DNA from: an uncultured bacterium
Lineage (GTDB): Bacteria > Patescibacteriota > Minisyncoccia > UBA6257 > 2-01-FULL-56-20
DNA length: 64,000 nucleotides
NCBI GenBank assembly: GCA_963718515.1
Contig: OY970354.1
Coordinates: 110,363 to 174,362, forward strand
Direction of reading: 5' to 3'
The notes under the pieces: generated by a model
Seen by the model: only the letters and a program-made list of their open reading frames with translations
Told to the model about the DNA's origin: nothing
Databases searched by the model: none
Shown: positions 26,481 through 36,371 of the stretch, in pieces
Layout: the number at the start of each line of letters is the position of its first letter
Numbering within the stretch: the first letter of the stretch is position 1
Translations under genes and position numbers: made by a program

Positions 26481-28040
26481 ATGCTCATGAGTAAAAAACT
26501 GGGGCGATTATATTCCGCCGCGCTCGAGGGCATTGACGCGAAAATTATTGAAGTGGAAGCAGATGTGAACGTCGGACTCCACTCGTTCAATATCGTTGGG
26601 TTGGGGGACCGGTCATTGAGCGAAGCCAAAGAGCGCGTCAACTCCGCGCTTAAAAACTCCGGCATCAAGCCGCCGAACCGCGAGAACCGGAAAATCACGA
26701 TCAATCTCGCTCCTGCGGATATCAAGAAGACTGGGTCACACTATGACCTCGCGATTGCGATCGGATATCTTCTTGCGACGAAGCAAATAAAAGCGTTCGA
26801 TTGCAGTGATAAATTATTTCTTGGCGAACTCGCGCTTGATGGAAGGTTGCGGCCGGTGAGCGGTGCGCTGAACATTGCACAGCGGGCGGCGCAGGCGGGA
26901 TTTTTATATTTATTCCTGCCGCGACAGAATGCGAACGAGGCGGCGGCGATAGACGGGATAGCGATCATTCCATTGGAAGATCTACATGAAGCGATCGACG
27001 TGCTCGAAGGGAGAAAAGATTTGACACCGGCGAGCTTCGACAAAAGAAATTTCGAGCATCGATCGGCGGGGGACATCTCCGAGATCAAAGGCCAGGAGAA
27101 TACAAAGCGCGCGCTCACGATCGCGGCGGCGGGGCAGCATAACATTCTGCTCTTTGGTCCGCCCGGCGTTGGCAAGACGTTTCTCTCGCACGCACTTGCC
27201 GGCATTATGCCTGATCTTACGACGCCCGAGGCGATCGAGGTGACGAAGATCTGGAGCGCTGCCGGACTAAGCCCCGGATATCTCATACAAAATCGGCCCT
27301 TCCGGGCGCCGCACCATACGGCATCCATCGCCGCACTGATCGGCGGGGGACAAGACCCGAGACCCGGCGAGATCAGCCTCGCACATCGCGGTGTGCTATT
27401 TCTCGATGAACTTCCCGAATTCCAGAAAAATGCGCTTGAGGCATTGCGTCAACCTCTCGAATCCGGAGTCGTCTATGTTGCGCGGACAAAACAGAGCGTG
27501 ATGTTTCCGGCAAAATTCATCCTTGTTGCGGCAATGAACCCGTGCCCGTGCGGATATTACGGCGATACCGAAAAAGAATGTAAATGTTCTGCGTACGAGA
27601 TCATAAAATATCAGAAAAGGATCTCTGGTCCATTACTGGATCGCATCGACCTGCAAGTAAAAGTAGGACGCGTTGCTATCGAAGACCTCCGGAAAGGTGC
27701 GGATGATGAATTCCACGATTTGCAGGAAGCGAGCGGTGCACTGAAGATATCCATCGCCCGGGCACGGGCGGTGCAATACGCACGATTTGCCGCCACTGCG
27801 CACGCCGATTCCAATAAAACGAACGCCGAGATGACTTCGCGCGAGGCGGAGCGGATGACAAAGCTCGATCCAGCCGCCAACGCCTTCTTGGAAACACTGG
27901 GCAAAAGCCATCTCTCGCCGCGCGGATACTACCGCTTAATAAAAGTGGCCCGCACCATTGCGGACCTGGAAGAAACAGAATGCGTTTCCTCCGCACACCT
28001 CGCGGAGGCCTTCAGCTATCGATTGAAAGAGATATTTTAG
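26481..28040 (+). CDS. YifB/ComM-family Mg-chelatase-like ATPase
   Basis: 519 aa. Lon-like N-domain, Walker A LFGPPGVGKT, Walker B GVLFLDELPEF, and the zinc-ribbon insert CPCGYYGDTEKECKCS. Confidence 0.92.
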   Translation: MLMSKKLGRLYSAALEGIDAKIIEVEADVNVGLHSFNIVGLGDRSLSEAKERVNSALKNSGIKPPNRENRKITINLAPADIKKTGSHYDLAIAIGYLLATKQIKAFDCSDKLFLGELALDGRLRPVSGALNIAQRAAQAGFLYLFLPRQNANEAAAIDGIAIIPLEDLHEAIDVLEGRKDLTPASFDKRNFEHRSAGDISEIKGQENTKRALTIAAAGQHNILLFGPPGVGKTFLSHALAGIMPDLTTPEAIEVTKIWSAAGLSPGYLIQNRPFRAPHHTASIAALIGGGQDPRPGEISLAHRGVLFLDELPEFQKNALEALRQPLESGVVYVARTKQSVMFPAKFILVAAMNPCPCGYYGDTEKECKCSAYEIIKYQKRISGPLLDRIDLQVKVGRVAIEDLRKGADDEFHDLQEASGALKISIARARAVQYARFAATAHADSNKTNAEMTSREAERMTKLDPAANAFLETLGKSHLSPRGYYRLIKVARTIADLEETECVSSAHLAEAFSYRLKEIF

Positions 28041-28042
28041 CC

Positions 28043-28678
28043 CTACCCGGCAAAGACATTGATATCGTCTTCGCCCGGAATGACGATCGATATCCCCGGA
28101 ACAAGCGATGAAAAATTTACAGATGGGTTAAATTGAACTATCTTACTCATAGGAACCCCGAAGGCGGACGAGATCGACTGGAGGGTGTCTCCGGTGCTCA
28201 CTTGATAGATAATTCCGGACATAAGCACCTTTTGGCCGTTATTGGCCGAGGGCGGCGATGTCTTAAATTTAACGAACCCTCCAGGATCTTTAAGCGCTCC
28301 CTCTGCATAAAGAACATTGGTATCTTCCACTGGGTTCAAGCCGGTCGTGCCGTTATTAATAGACGCCAGGAATGGCGCGCTTTGCACGGCAAGGGCGGCA
28401 CTATCTACCTCGGCGCCCTCGGCCTGGGGGATCAAGCTAGATCCTTCGGAAACCCTCTTTTCTTGTATCCCGGCCGTCTTGCCGGAAACGAAAAAAGATC
28501 CGAGGAGTAGTCCTCCAACCACCAAAAAAACAGCCACGGTTAATGGCTTATATTCTTTATTAAACTTTAACGCGATAGTACTAATACCCTTAAGATTAGC
28601 ATAATGATCCCAAAATCTCAAACACCCTATAAAGCCGGACAGCACCCACTGAACCCCGCCCAAGATGCCGCAGCGCAT
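28043..28678 (-). CDS. LysM-domain membrane-anchored protein
   Basis: 211 aa. TM helix LTVAVFLVVGGLLLGSFFV and a C-terminal LysM domain, YQVSTGDTLQSISSAFGVPMSKIVQFNP. The annotated ATG overlaps the divergent helicase gene by 75 nt, so the true start is uncertain. Confidence 0.7.
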   Translation of the reverse strand: MRCGILGGVQWVLSGFIGCLRFWDHYANLKGISTIALKFNKEYKPLTVAVFLVVGGLLLGSFFVSGKTAGIQEKRVSEGSSLIPQAEGAEVDSAALAVQSAPFLASINNGTTGLNPVEDTNVLYAEGALKDPGGFVKFKTSPPSANNGQKVLMSGIIYQVSTGDTLQSISSAFGVPMSKIVQFNPSVNFSSLVPGISIVIPGEDDINVFAG

Positions 28679-30543
28679 GCCCCCGGAACCCCTCTATTAA
28701 TAGTGGCGGGGGCTGGAACGGGCAAAACCAAGACATTAACGAGTCGAATCATCCATTTAATGGAGACCGGAACCCCTCCGGAGCGCATTTGTGCTATCAC
28801 TTTTACCAATAAAGCAGCAAAAGAGATGGCAAAACGGGTGCGAGAGGGCTATCCACTGCCAAAAAGCTCGGAAAAATCACCATTTTTGGGGACTTTTCAC
28901 TCGCTTGGGGCAAAAATACTGAGAAAAGAGTGCCGTTTAGTAGGCCGAGACCCCAATTTTGCCATTTTTGATGACCACGACTCTTTTGATCTGGTTAAAA
29001 AAGCCGTCAAAGCCGTCCTGCCCCCCAAAAAGAGCGATGAGGATGAGGGCCTCCTTGCCAAGAAAAATAAAAAAGACACGCCGGTGTATTTTGCCAAGAA
29101 GATCTCCGAGCTGAAGAATCTGGGGAAGTTGTTGCCTGAGGCACGGCCGAATGTGGAAAAAGAAGCGCAGGCGCGCCGGGTATTTGAAAAATATGAAGCC
29201 GCGCTCGAGCGCAACAATGCGTTCGACTTTGACGACCTGATCGAAAAAGTGGTGACGATATTCAAAACCCATCCCGAGGTGCTAAAAAAATATCAGCGGA
29301 TGTTCGACGCGATCCTTGTTGATGAGTATCAGGACATCAATCCAAAACAATACGAACTCGTTTCATTGCTTGCCGGCGAGCATCGCAACTTGAGCGTGGT
29401 GGGGGATGATGAGCAAACTATTTATAGTTGGCGCTACGCGGATATAAAAACATTTTTGAATTTTGATAAAGAATGGAAAGGTGCGAGCGTACATTTTTTG
29501 GAAGAAAATTATCGTTCGACGGGAACGATCATCCGCGCGGCGGCGGCCGTTGCAAAAAACAACCGTTTCCGCACGCCAAAAAATTTATGGACGCAGAATC
29601 CGGACGGTGAGCGCATCACGCTCTTCGAAGCATGGGGCGAGAACGAGGAAGCTGAATGGATCGCAACGCAGATCCAATCACTGCGCGATAAAGATAAAAA
29701 TGCCGACATCGGAATCTTATACCGCACGAACGCACAGTCGCGTGCCGATTGAACAGTCGCTCATCCGCAACAATATTCCGTATCGCATCTTTGGCGGCCT
29801 TAAATTTTACGAACGACGCGAAATAAAAGATGCAGTTTCGGCGTTGCGCTATATCTCGAATCCCAAAGATGAACCGGCGCGCGAGCGTTTGGAAAAAAAT
29901 CTTACGAAGCGGAGATTTGCGGAATTTCGAGATGGAGGTGCAGAGATTGCAGATCCTGAATGAAGCTGGAAAGATTGCACCACTCGCCGCGCTCAAATTA
30001 TTTTTGGAGACGTTTGGCTACTTTGAATATCTCGAGACAAATTTTATAAACTCTGACGAGCGCGAAGAGAACATTGCAGAGCTCATCACCTTCGCGACCG
30101 ATTTTGCGAGTCTCGATGAACTGCTCGAACGGTTAAGCTTACTGCAGGCCGCGGACGAGATAGGCGCAAAACCCGTTGATGGACGCGAGGTGAATCTCAT
30201 GACCATCCACTTGGCGAAAGGGCTCGAGTTTGATTCGGTATTCATTGCCGGCGTTGCCGAAGGACTTCTGCCGCACGGCCGCTCACTCGACGATGAGGCA
30301 TCTCTTGAGGAAGAGCGGCGCCTGATGTACGTCGCCATGACACGCGCGCGAAAAAAATTATATCTTAGCTTCTATGGCATTCCATCGCGATTCATAAGCG
30401 AGATCCCGGAAGATTTCATCACGCTCGAGACGAGCGGGGACGCCGCGGCAGGCGATGATCACGATGCGGTGTTAAAAAGTGATAAGTGGTATCGTGACGA
30501 TAGCGACGGTAGCGATGAAGAGAATTTTGTCTCGCTTGATTAA
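28604..30543 (+). pseudogene. UvrD/PcrA-type superfamily-1 DNA helicase, about 2 frameshifts as assembled
   Basis: Motifs I (VAGAGTGKT), II (ILVDEYQD) and III (VVGDDEQTIYSWR) are in ORF 28604..29752. The middle part (IEQSLIRNNIPYRIFGGLKFYERREIKD) is in ORF 29463..29963. Motifs V/VI (LMTIHLAKGLEFDSVFI, RRLMYVAMTRARKKL) are in ORF 29830..30543. Confidence 0.88.
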
Positions 30544-30560
30544 AACCAGTAATTATTTCC

Positions 30561-31385
30561 ATGCAAAAACTCGGCCAACATTTTTTGAGGAATGAAAAAA
30601 TAAACGAGGCGATCATTAGCGCGCTCGATGTGCAGCATGGTGAGCGCGTGATAGAGATCGGTCCAGGGCACGGCGAACTCACGGTGCCACTTTTGCAAAC
30701 CGTGGAGAAGCTTGACGGGGAAGCCGCGCCGAAATCCGGCTCCACTATAATAAGCATAGAAAAGGATCACGCATTGATAGCCAGCCTCGAAGGGCTCGCC
30801 AAAAAGGAAAGGGCGGGGCGGCTCTCTATTATAGAGGGGGATGCGCTGAAGCTTTTGTCGGGTATCGTCCGCGAATTCCGAACGGCGACCTATAAGGTCG
30901 CGGGGAATATTCCTTATTATATAACTGGCAAATTACTGCGAGTGCTCAGCGAACTCGAGCACAAACCAGCTCGCGCGGTGCTCATGATACAGAAAGAGGT
31001 TGCCGAGCGGATCTGCGCCGCGCCGCCCGGGATGAACCGGCTCGCGGCGAGCGTGCAATTTTGGGCGGACGCCACGATCGTCGCGCACGTTCCCCGAAAA
31101 GATTTTTCTCCGCCACCGGAAGTGGACTCAGCGGTGATTGCGCTCGTTGCAAAAAATCCGGTAGCGATCAACCCTGCGCAATACTATAAAACCGTACGCG
31201 GAATCTTTTCTCAGCCTCGAAAGACACTTTTGAACAACATTGCCGCAATGGGCGGCAATCTGGGTGGACAAAAAGAAAAAATCACTCTCCACCTCAAAAA
31301 ACTCGGCATAGATCCGGGCGCGCGACCCCAGGATCTCAGCATCGAAGAGATCATCGCCGTAGCAGACGCGGCGTTGTGGGGATAA
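30561..31385 (+). CDS. rsmA: 16S rRNA (adenine1518/1519-N6)-dimethyltransferase RsmA/KsgA
   Basis: 274 aa. LGQHFL ... VIEIGPGHGELT ... VAGNIPYYIT are the signature motifs. Confidence 0.92.
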   Translation: MQKLGQHFLRNEKINEAIISALDVQHGERVIEIGPGHGELTVPLLQTVEKLDGEAAPKSGSTIISIEKDHALIASLEGLAKKERAGRLSIIEGDALKLLSGIVREFRTATYKVAGNIPYYITGKLLRVLSELEHKPARAVLMIQKEVAERICAAPPGMNRLAASVQFWADATIVAHVPRKDFSPPPEVDSAVIALVAKNPVAINPAQYYKTVRGIFSQPRKTLLNNIAAMGGNLGGQKEKITLHLKKLGIDPGARPQDLSIEEIIAVADAALWG

Positions 31386-31427
31386 CCTGGTAGCAACTGC
31401 TTTCCTTTGGCGCTATAATTTGAATTA

Positions 31428-33599
31428 ATGATAGATGTAAAGAAGCTGATCACTGGGTTCCTGATTTTGGCTACGGCCGCCGTCTGTTCGGGGCTCGTAT
31501 TATCACTCGTCAGCAACTCATCTACCGCAACAGCAACCGTGACGCCGCAGGCGACGATCGCGGAAAACACAACGTCTTCCACTGCCGCCGCGAACGCATT
31601 CCTTCCAAATGAGCCGACGCAGATACAAAGCGATTTCACCCCCGCGCAGGTTGCGTCATCTACTATGATGGAAAGCTCGACTGACCCCGGTAATCTCACC
31701 GATGCGCTCGCGACCGAATTTGTGAACGGCGTCGTGTCCGCAAATCCGGACGGTCCGGCAAACACCGACGCGAACGGGAATCCGATCATCGCTTCGCCAA
31801 ACGTGAGCGCTATCGCGGACGAGGTCGCGGATACCACGAGCACACAAAACCTTGTCATTCCCAATTGGGACATCGAGGCCGAAGCGATTCCCGTGACGGT
31901 CGTCGCTACCGCTAACGCATCATCGGTATTCCAATACGGCACCGATGTGAATAATATATTCAACAACCACATCAATGCGCAGGTACAACAGATCCTTAGC
32001 GAAACCGACGATGCAAGTCCGAGCGACATCGCATATGTAGGATCGGAGATCCAAAGCGCACTCGGAGATGCCGCGGCGCTAGAAACCCCAACGCCCGTCG
32101 TAGCATACCAAAAAAGTTTATTGAAGGTCCTTGTGTATGACAAGAATATGATCGCGCTAAACACACTCGCCCAGACGGACCCGGTGAAAGCATCGATCCT
32201 TTTCCAGGACGAAGATCCAAAATTCAATCAGGCAGAGGAAGACCTCGAAACCCAGGCGCAGGTGATTGAAAACCAAAGCGTTTCATTGCAAGAAAATGTG
32301 CCGAATAATGCGAATCCATTTTTATCTTTTGTCGACAACACCTTCGGCATTCCCCAAGCCCATGCCCAGTTGGCGGTCTTCGACGCCGCAACGTGGGGCG
32401 CGGTAACGACCGGCAATGTACAGCGGGTTCAAGACCAGCTCGAAGCGCTTCTCAAAAATACCCTTTTGCAAATTCTTAAAAACACGCTTATCGCGCTCAT
32501 CCAACAGAAAGTACTCGCATGGGTCCAAGGAAGCGGTGCGCCGCGATTCATCACCAACTGGGCAACCGTTCTCGTGAATTCTGCGCAGACGAGCGCTCTT
32601 AATGCCATCAACGCCCAAATGTCCTGCGGCGTCTATCCCGCTTTCATTCCACAGGTCAAAGTAACTCTCAAATCGTACTATCTTCCCGGCGCCAACTCAT
32701 GCGCCAACCAATTTGCCGCCGCGCTCGGATCACACAGCTTCCAGCAATTCTATAATAACTTCAAAAATGGGGGATTTATCGCCTTCGGCGCAAGCACGCT
32801 CCCAAGCGGCAACCCGTATGGACAGCAATTCTTCAGCGCCCAAACCGTCGGCCTCGCCGTCCAAAACGCCCAACAGGCAACTGCATTAAAAACCCAAACC
32901 TCCCAGGGATTCACCGGGGACCAGGTCTGTGATGATGGCAGTAACCCTAGCACCGGCGAGCATACTGTGTGCGAAAACCCGGATGGCCCAGACTATACTA
33001 TTCAGGGGAGCGAAAGCTGCGGCCCGGGTGACACGCCGGTCGTTTATGCAAATAATGGCACAAGTTGCAATGACGGAACCAATCCCCTCACCGCCACTCC
33101 TGCCGCCGTCACCGCATTCACATTGAATACCGCCAATGGCGCAAGCACGCAACAGCTCACTGCGGCAAACGACATTGTGGGTGTTCTTAACTCCATTCTC
33201 AGCTCGCTTCTGCTGCAACTCGCAAACACGGCGGTCAATGCCGCAGGGCAGGCGGTCAACACTCTGTTATCAACCACCCCATCAAATATTACGAATGGCG
33301 GTGGCACGCCGCCCGCGCCACAGCCGCTTGGGTGTAATCCATCTTCGCAAACTTTCCCTGCGGGATCCGGCATTCCGGGAGCTTCGTCAACCAGTGTTTA
33401 TCCCGCAAGCCTTTCGGCATCTGGTGGCACGACCGATGCAAATGGCAATCTGCCCACGTATAGCTGGATCGCTTCAAATGGCTTAACAGGCACCGGCTCG
33501 ATCTTCTCTCCGACATTTACGAGTGCCGGATCTTATACCGTCACCCTCACCGACTCCGTAGCCGACGCACCGGCAACATGCAGTGTCAACATCCAATAG
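31428..33599 (+). CDS. Large membrane-anchored surface protein with C-terminal PKD-like domain (first gene of the T4SS-like locus)
   Basis: 723 aa. N-terminal TM helix, T/S/A/N/Q-rich ectodomain, and a C-terminal segment YSWIASNGLTGTGSIFSPTFTSAGSYTVTLTDS resembling a PKD/Ig repeat. Confidence 0.65.
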   Translation: MIDVKKLITGFLILATAAVCSGLVLSLVSNSSTATATVTPQATIAENTTSSTAAANAFLPNEPTQIQSDFTPAQVASSTMMESSTDPGNLTDALATEFVNGVVSANPDGPANTDANGNPIIASPNVSAIADEVADTTSTQNLVIPNWDIEAEAIPVTVVATANASSVFQYGTDVNNIFNNHINAQVQQILSETDDASPSDIAYVGSEIQSALGDAAALETPTPVVAYQKSLLKVLVYDKNMIALNTLAQTDPVKASILFQDEDPKFNQAEEDLETQAQVIENQSVSLQENVPNNANPFLSFVDNTFGIPQAHAQLAVFDAATWGAVTTGNVQRVQDQLEALLKNTLLQILKNTLIALIQQKVLAWVQGSGAPRFITNWATVLVNSAQTSALNAINAQMSCGVYPAFIPQVKVTLKSYYLPGANSCANQFAAALGSHSFQQFYNNFKNGGFIAFGASTLPSGNPYGQQFFSAQTVGLAVQNAQQATALKTQTSQGFTGDQVCDDGSNPSTGEHTVCENPDGPDYTIQGSESCGPGDTPVVYANNGTSCNDGTNPLTATPAAVTAFTLNTANGASTQQLTAANDIVGVLNSILSSLLLQLANTAVNAAGQAVNTLLSTTPSNITNGGGTPPAPQPLGCNPSSQTFPAGSGIPGASSTSVYPASLSASGGTTDANGNLPTYSWIASNGLTGTGSIFSPTFTSAGSYTVTLTDSVADAPATCSVNIQ

Positions 33600-33611
33600 C
33601 ACGCGATCTTC

Positions 33612-35360
33612 ATGAAAAAAAAGAATTGCTACAAAAAAATATTCATCGTTGCGGCGGCGCTTTTTGTTCTTTTTGCGCCGGTGGGGGTCAAGACAAATAG
33701 TGGCGCAGTTGATTCCGTCCTCACCCAAACTTCGTCCGGTCATTTTGCTTTTTCTAACGCCTTTAATTTAAATGTTGCCGTCGCCGCAACGAGCACTTCA
33801 GGAACGCCAAATACACCCGCCCAACCAAGTTTCTTTAACTGCGCAACCAGCGTGGCGACCTGCGGTGTTTACTATGTGGCTCTTTTTTCGAACAGCGTCA
33901 TAGCGCTCCTTATAAGCATCGGTGCGGCCCTCGTGCGATTTGGCCTCCAGATCAACGATAATGTGTTCAACTCGCCCGCAGTGCAAACGGGATTTTCCGT
34001 TTCGCTCGCGATCGCTAACCTTGGATTCGTGCTGGGCATCATTGTGATCGCTATCGCTACCATTATTAGAAATCAAACCTATGGGATAAAGCAATTGTTG
34101 TGGAAATTGATCGTCATGGCGATTCTCGTTAACTTTGGTCTCGTGATTACCGCTCCTATCGTGGGCTTTGCGAGTAGTATGAGTAATTATTTTATTAGCG
34201 CCACAAGCCCTGGCAGTGCCACGGGCGGATATGTGGCGTATGTTACGACTATGACGCAGGCCTTTGCCCCACAGCAAACCATAAACGCAGGAGGGGCCAG
34301 CAATACCAACGCCACGGGAGTTGCTAATGGAGTGAGCGTGGGATGTAACGCCGTCGTCGGGGCTTATTTGCCGAGCGCCGGCGTCGATGCTTTGTGCGCG
34401 CTTGTAGGAAATGCTGCGGGGGCGATGACGCCTGCCGATGACTTCTCGCAAATGTCGCTCGCGCTTGTGTTTGGTATGGCTTTTTCTTCCCTCATCGCTT
34501 TTACATTCCTTTGCCTCGCTATATTGCTCATCGTTCGCTATCTTATGCTCGCTGGGCTTCTTATCGTTCTGCCACTCGCATGGCTTACATTTATATTTCC
34601 CAAATTCGATAACAGCTTTAGCAAATGGTGGAATAATTTCATCAAGTGGACACTCTTCCCTCCACTCGCGCTCTTCTTTATTTATCTTGCATTCATCACG
34701 GCCGCCAACACTGGAAGCGGTACCACTCCTCCCGGTGGGACGACAAGTTATCTCTCCACGGCCGCAGGTCTTCCCGGTGGGGTCGCCAATGGTCCGGAAG
34801 CTTCGATCGCTGCAGAGACCGGACTCGCCGCCCCGATCCAACAAGCCGCAGATGAAGTGCTCTTGGTGGGTCTCACTATCATGGGATTGATGTTCGCAAA
34901 TTCGCTCTCTGGGAAAGCAGGCAAAGCTACCGTAGGAGCAGTGCAAGGAGGAGCAAAAGCTTTTGGAACCTGGGCCGGAAAAACGGGCAGGCGAGCTGGT
35001 TATAGCGCCGCCGCACGGGCCACTCGGCCAAAGCCGAGAGTAGATCCCGCGACGGGAAATTTGTATTCTCCAATAACCGGGCCACGGGCAAATGTTTCCC
35101 GTTGGTTCCGGCAACAGGCAAATAGAGCCGATCTCAGAACTCCAGGAGCCGGAGTGGTGGGTAAATCGGCCGGATTGGCCGGAGCTGTTTGGGGTGGAGC
35201 AAAAAAGGGATCCGGGCTCTTTAAGGCAAAGGGCGGAGCGAAAGACTGGGAATGTCAGAACTGCCACTTCGTCCAGCGAAGCACCAAAAAGCCCACGATG
35301 GATTGTCCTAACTGCCACGTTCCTGTCGCTACCGCGAAATGGACCGAACTACACTCATAA
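33612..35360 (+). CDS. VirB6/TrbL-like polytopic membrane protein with C-terminal zinc-ribbon tail
   Basis: 582 aa with at least 6 TM helices in the central region, as in TrbL/VirB6. Basic G/A-rich tail ending in WECQNCHF...DCPNCHVP (CxxC-x13-CxxC). Confidence 0.6.
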   Translation: MKKKNCYKKIFIVAAALFVLFAPVGVKTNSGAVDSVLTQTSSGHFAFSNAFNLNVAVAATSTSGTPNTPAQPSFFNCATSVATCGVYYVALFSNSVIALLISIGAALVRFGLQINDNVFNSPAVQTGFSVSLAIANLGFVLGIIVIAIATIIRNQTYGIKQLLWKLIVMAILVNFGLVITAPIVGFASSMSNYFISATSPGSATGGYVAYVTTMTQAFAPQQTINAGGASNTNATGVANGVSVGCNAVVGAYLPSAGVDALCALVGNAAGAMTPADDFSQMSLALVFGMAFSSLIAFTFLCLAILLIVRYLMLAGLLIVLPLAWLTFIFPKFDNSFSKWWNNFIKWTLFPPLALFFIYLAFITAANTGSGTTPPGGTTSYLSTAAGLPGGVANGPEASIAAETGLAAPIQQAADEVLLVGLTIMGLMFANSLSGKAGKATVGAVQGGAKAFGTWAGKTGRRAGYSAAARATRPKPRVDPATGNLYSPITGPRANVSRWFRQQANRADLRTPGAGVVGKSAGLAGAVWGGAKKGSGLFKAKGGAKDWECQNCHFVQRSTKKPTMDCPNCHVPVATAKWTELHS

Positions 35361-35366
35361 ATACTC

Positions 35367-36338
35367 ATGGTAGAGAAAGAACCGGTAGATAAAAAAGAGG
35401 CGAAGGAGGCAGAACAAGAACAGGAAGAGTCGTTTCCCGCCATCCCCGATGATTACTATGAGCGCCTCCGCGTTTCCCGAGACGCAACCGAAGCTCAAAT
35501 AAATTCCGCCTTCAAGAGAAGGATCATGGAATTTCATCCTGATAAATTTAACAAACAGAGCGCTGAAAAACAGGAGGCGGCCAATGAATGGACACGGGCC
35601 CTGAACGAAGCGCGGGGCACTTTGGGAAATAAGGACAAGCGGGAGACTTACGATAAGGCGCACCCCGACATGGCCGAAGAAAAAAAGAAGGAAGACGAGA
35701 AAAAAACTTCTGAAGCACGAGACGAGGTGGTCAAAACCTATGGCATGACCGCGCCACGGGAGAAAGGTGCGGGTGGGGAAAACAATGTAGGCCGCTCCCG
35801 AGAAGATGGACCGGATGAGACGATCTACGAAATGGCTTCTGCAAAACAAGACAAGATAGGTTGGTTTGTCTTTGTGGATGGCTTTAAAGTGTATATTAAT
35901 GAGAAAGGGCCTGGTCGCGGAACAGCATTAAATCCTTTCTGGCGAAAACAGACCGATCTCCTCACTCCCAGCGAAAAATTTTTTGAAAAGACTCCGTCAA
36001 AGATAGAAGAGGCTAGGCAAGGATTTAGGGATTTTACCCGTTCATTACTTGGCCGCAACGAAGATCCTGCGAAAGAAAGAAAGATCCTGGAGGAGTATGA
36101 AAAGATGGTCAAGGAGGGCAAGGCCGAATTCGTGCGTGAATTGGCTGCAATAAAAGAGGCGCCGATCAATCACCCCCAAAAGAATCTTCCGGACGAGCGC
36201 CTCTACAAGGTTATGAAAAAAAGATATAACCGCGCGGGTTCTTTTGATGAACACGAATTCAAACTCATCGGTATCTATGATGAGAAGGGACGCTTTACGG
36301 GCAAAACACGACTCTATCGCCTAAAAAAGAAGAGGTAA
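35367..36338 (+). CDS. J-domain (DnaJ-like) protein
   Basis: 323 aa. DYYERLRVSRDATEAQINSAFKRRIMEFHPDKF contains the HPD tripeptide. The remainder is unassigned. Confidence 0.8.
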   Translation: MVEKEPVDKKEAKEAEQEQEESFPAIPDDYYERLRVSRDATEAQINSAFKRRIMEFHPDKFNKQSAEKQEAANEWTRALNEARGTLGNKDKRETYDKAHPDMAEEKKKEDEKKTSEARDEVVKTYGMTAPREKGAGGENNVGRSREDGPDETIYEMASAKQDKIGWFVFVDGFKVYINEKGPGRGTALNPFWRKQTDLLTPSEKFFEKTPSKIEEARQGFRDFTRSLLGRNEDPAKERKILEEYEKMVKEGKAEFVRELAAIKEAPINHPQKNLPDERLYKVMKKRYNRAGSFDEHEFKLIGIYDEKGRFTGKTRLYRLKKKR

Positions 36339-36371
36339 TGCTATAATTATCCTAAATAAAGCACACCATAA

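Noticed and set aside
31211-32227. 338-aa minus-strand ORF
   Set aside because: It is antisense to rsmA and the large surface-protein gene. The sequence is low-complexity Ser/Ala/Thr, typical of a shadow ORF in GC-rich coding DNA.
33798-35318. 506-aa minus-strand ORF
   Set aside because: It is antisense to the VirB6/TrbL-like gene. Its composition is Arg/Ser/Gly/His-rich with no domains or RBS, whereas the plus-strand frame encodes coherent TM helices and a zinc ribbon.
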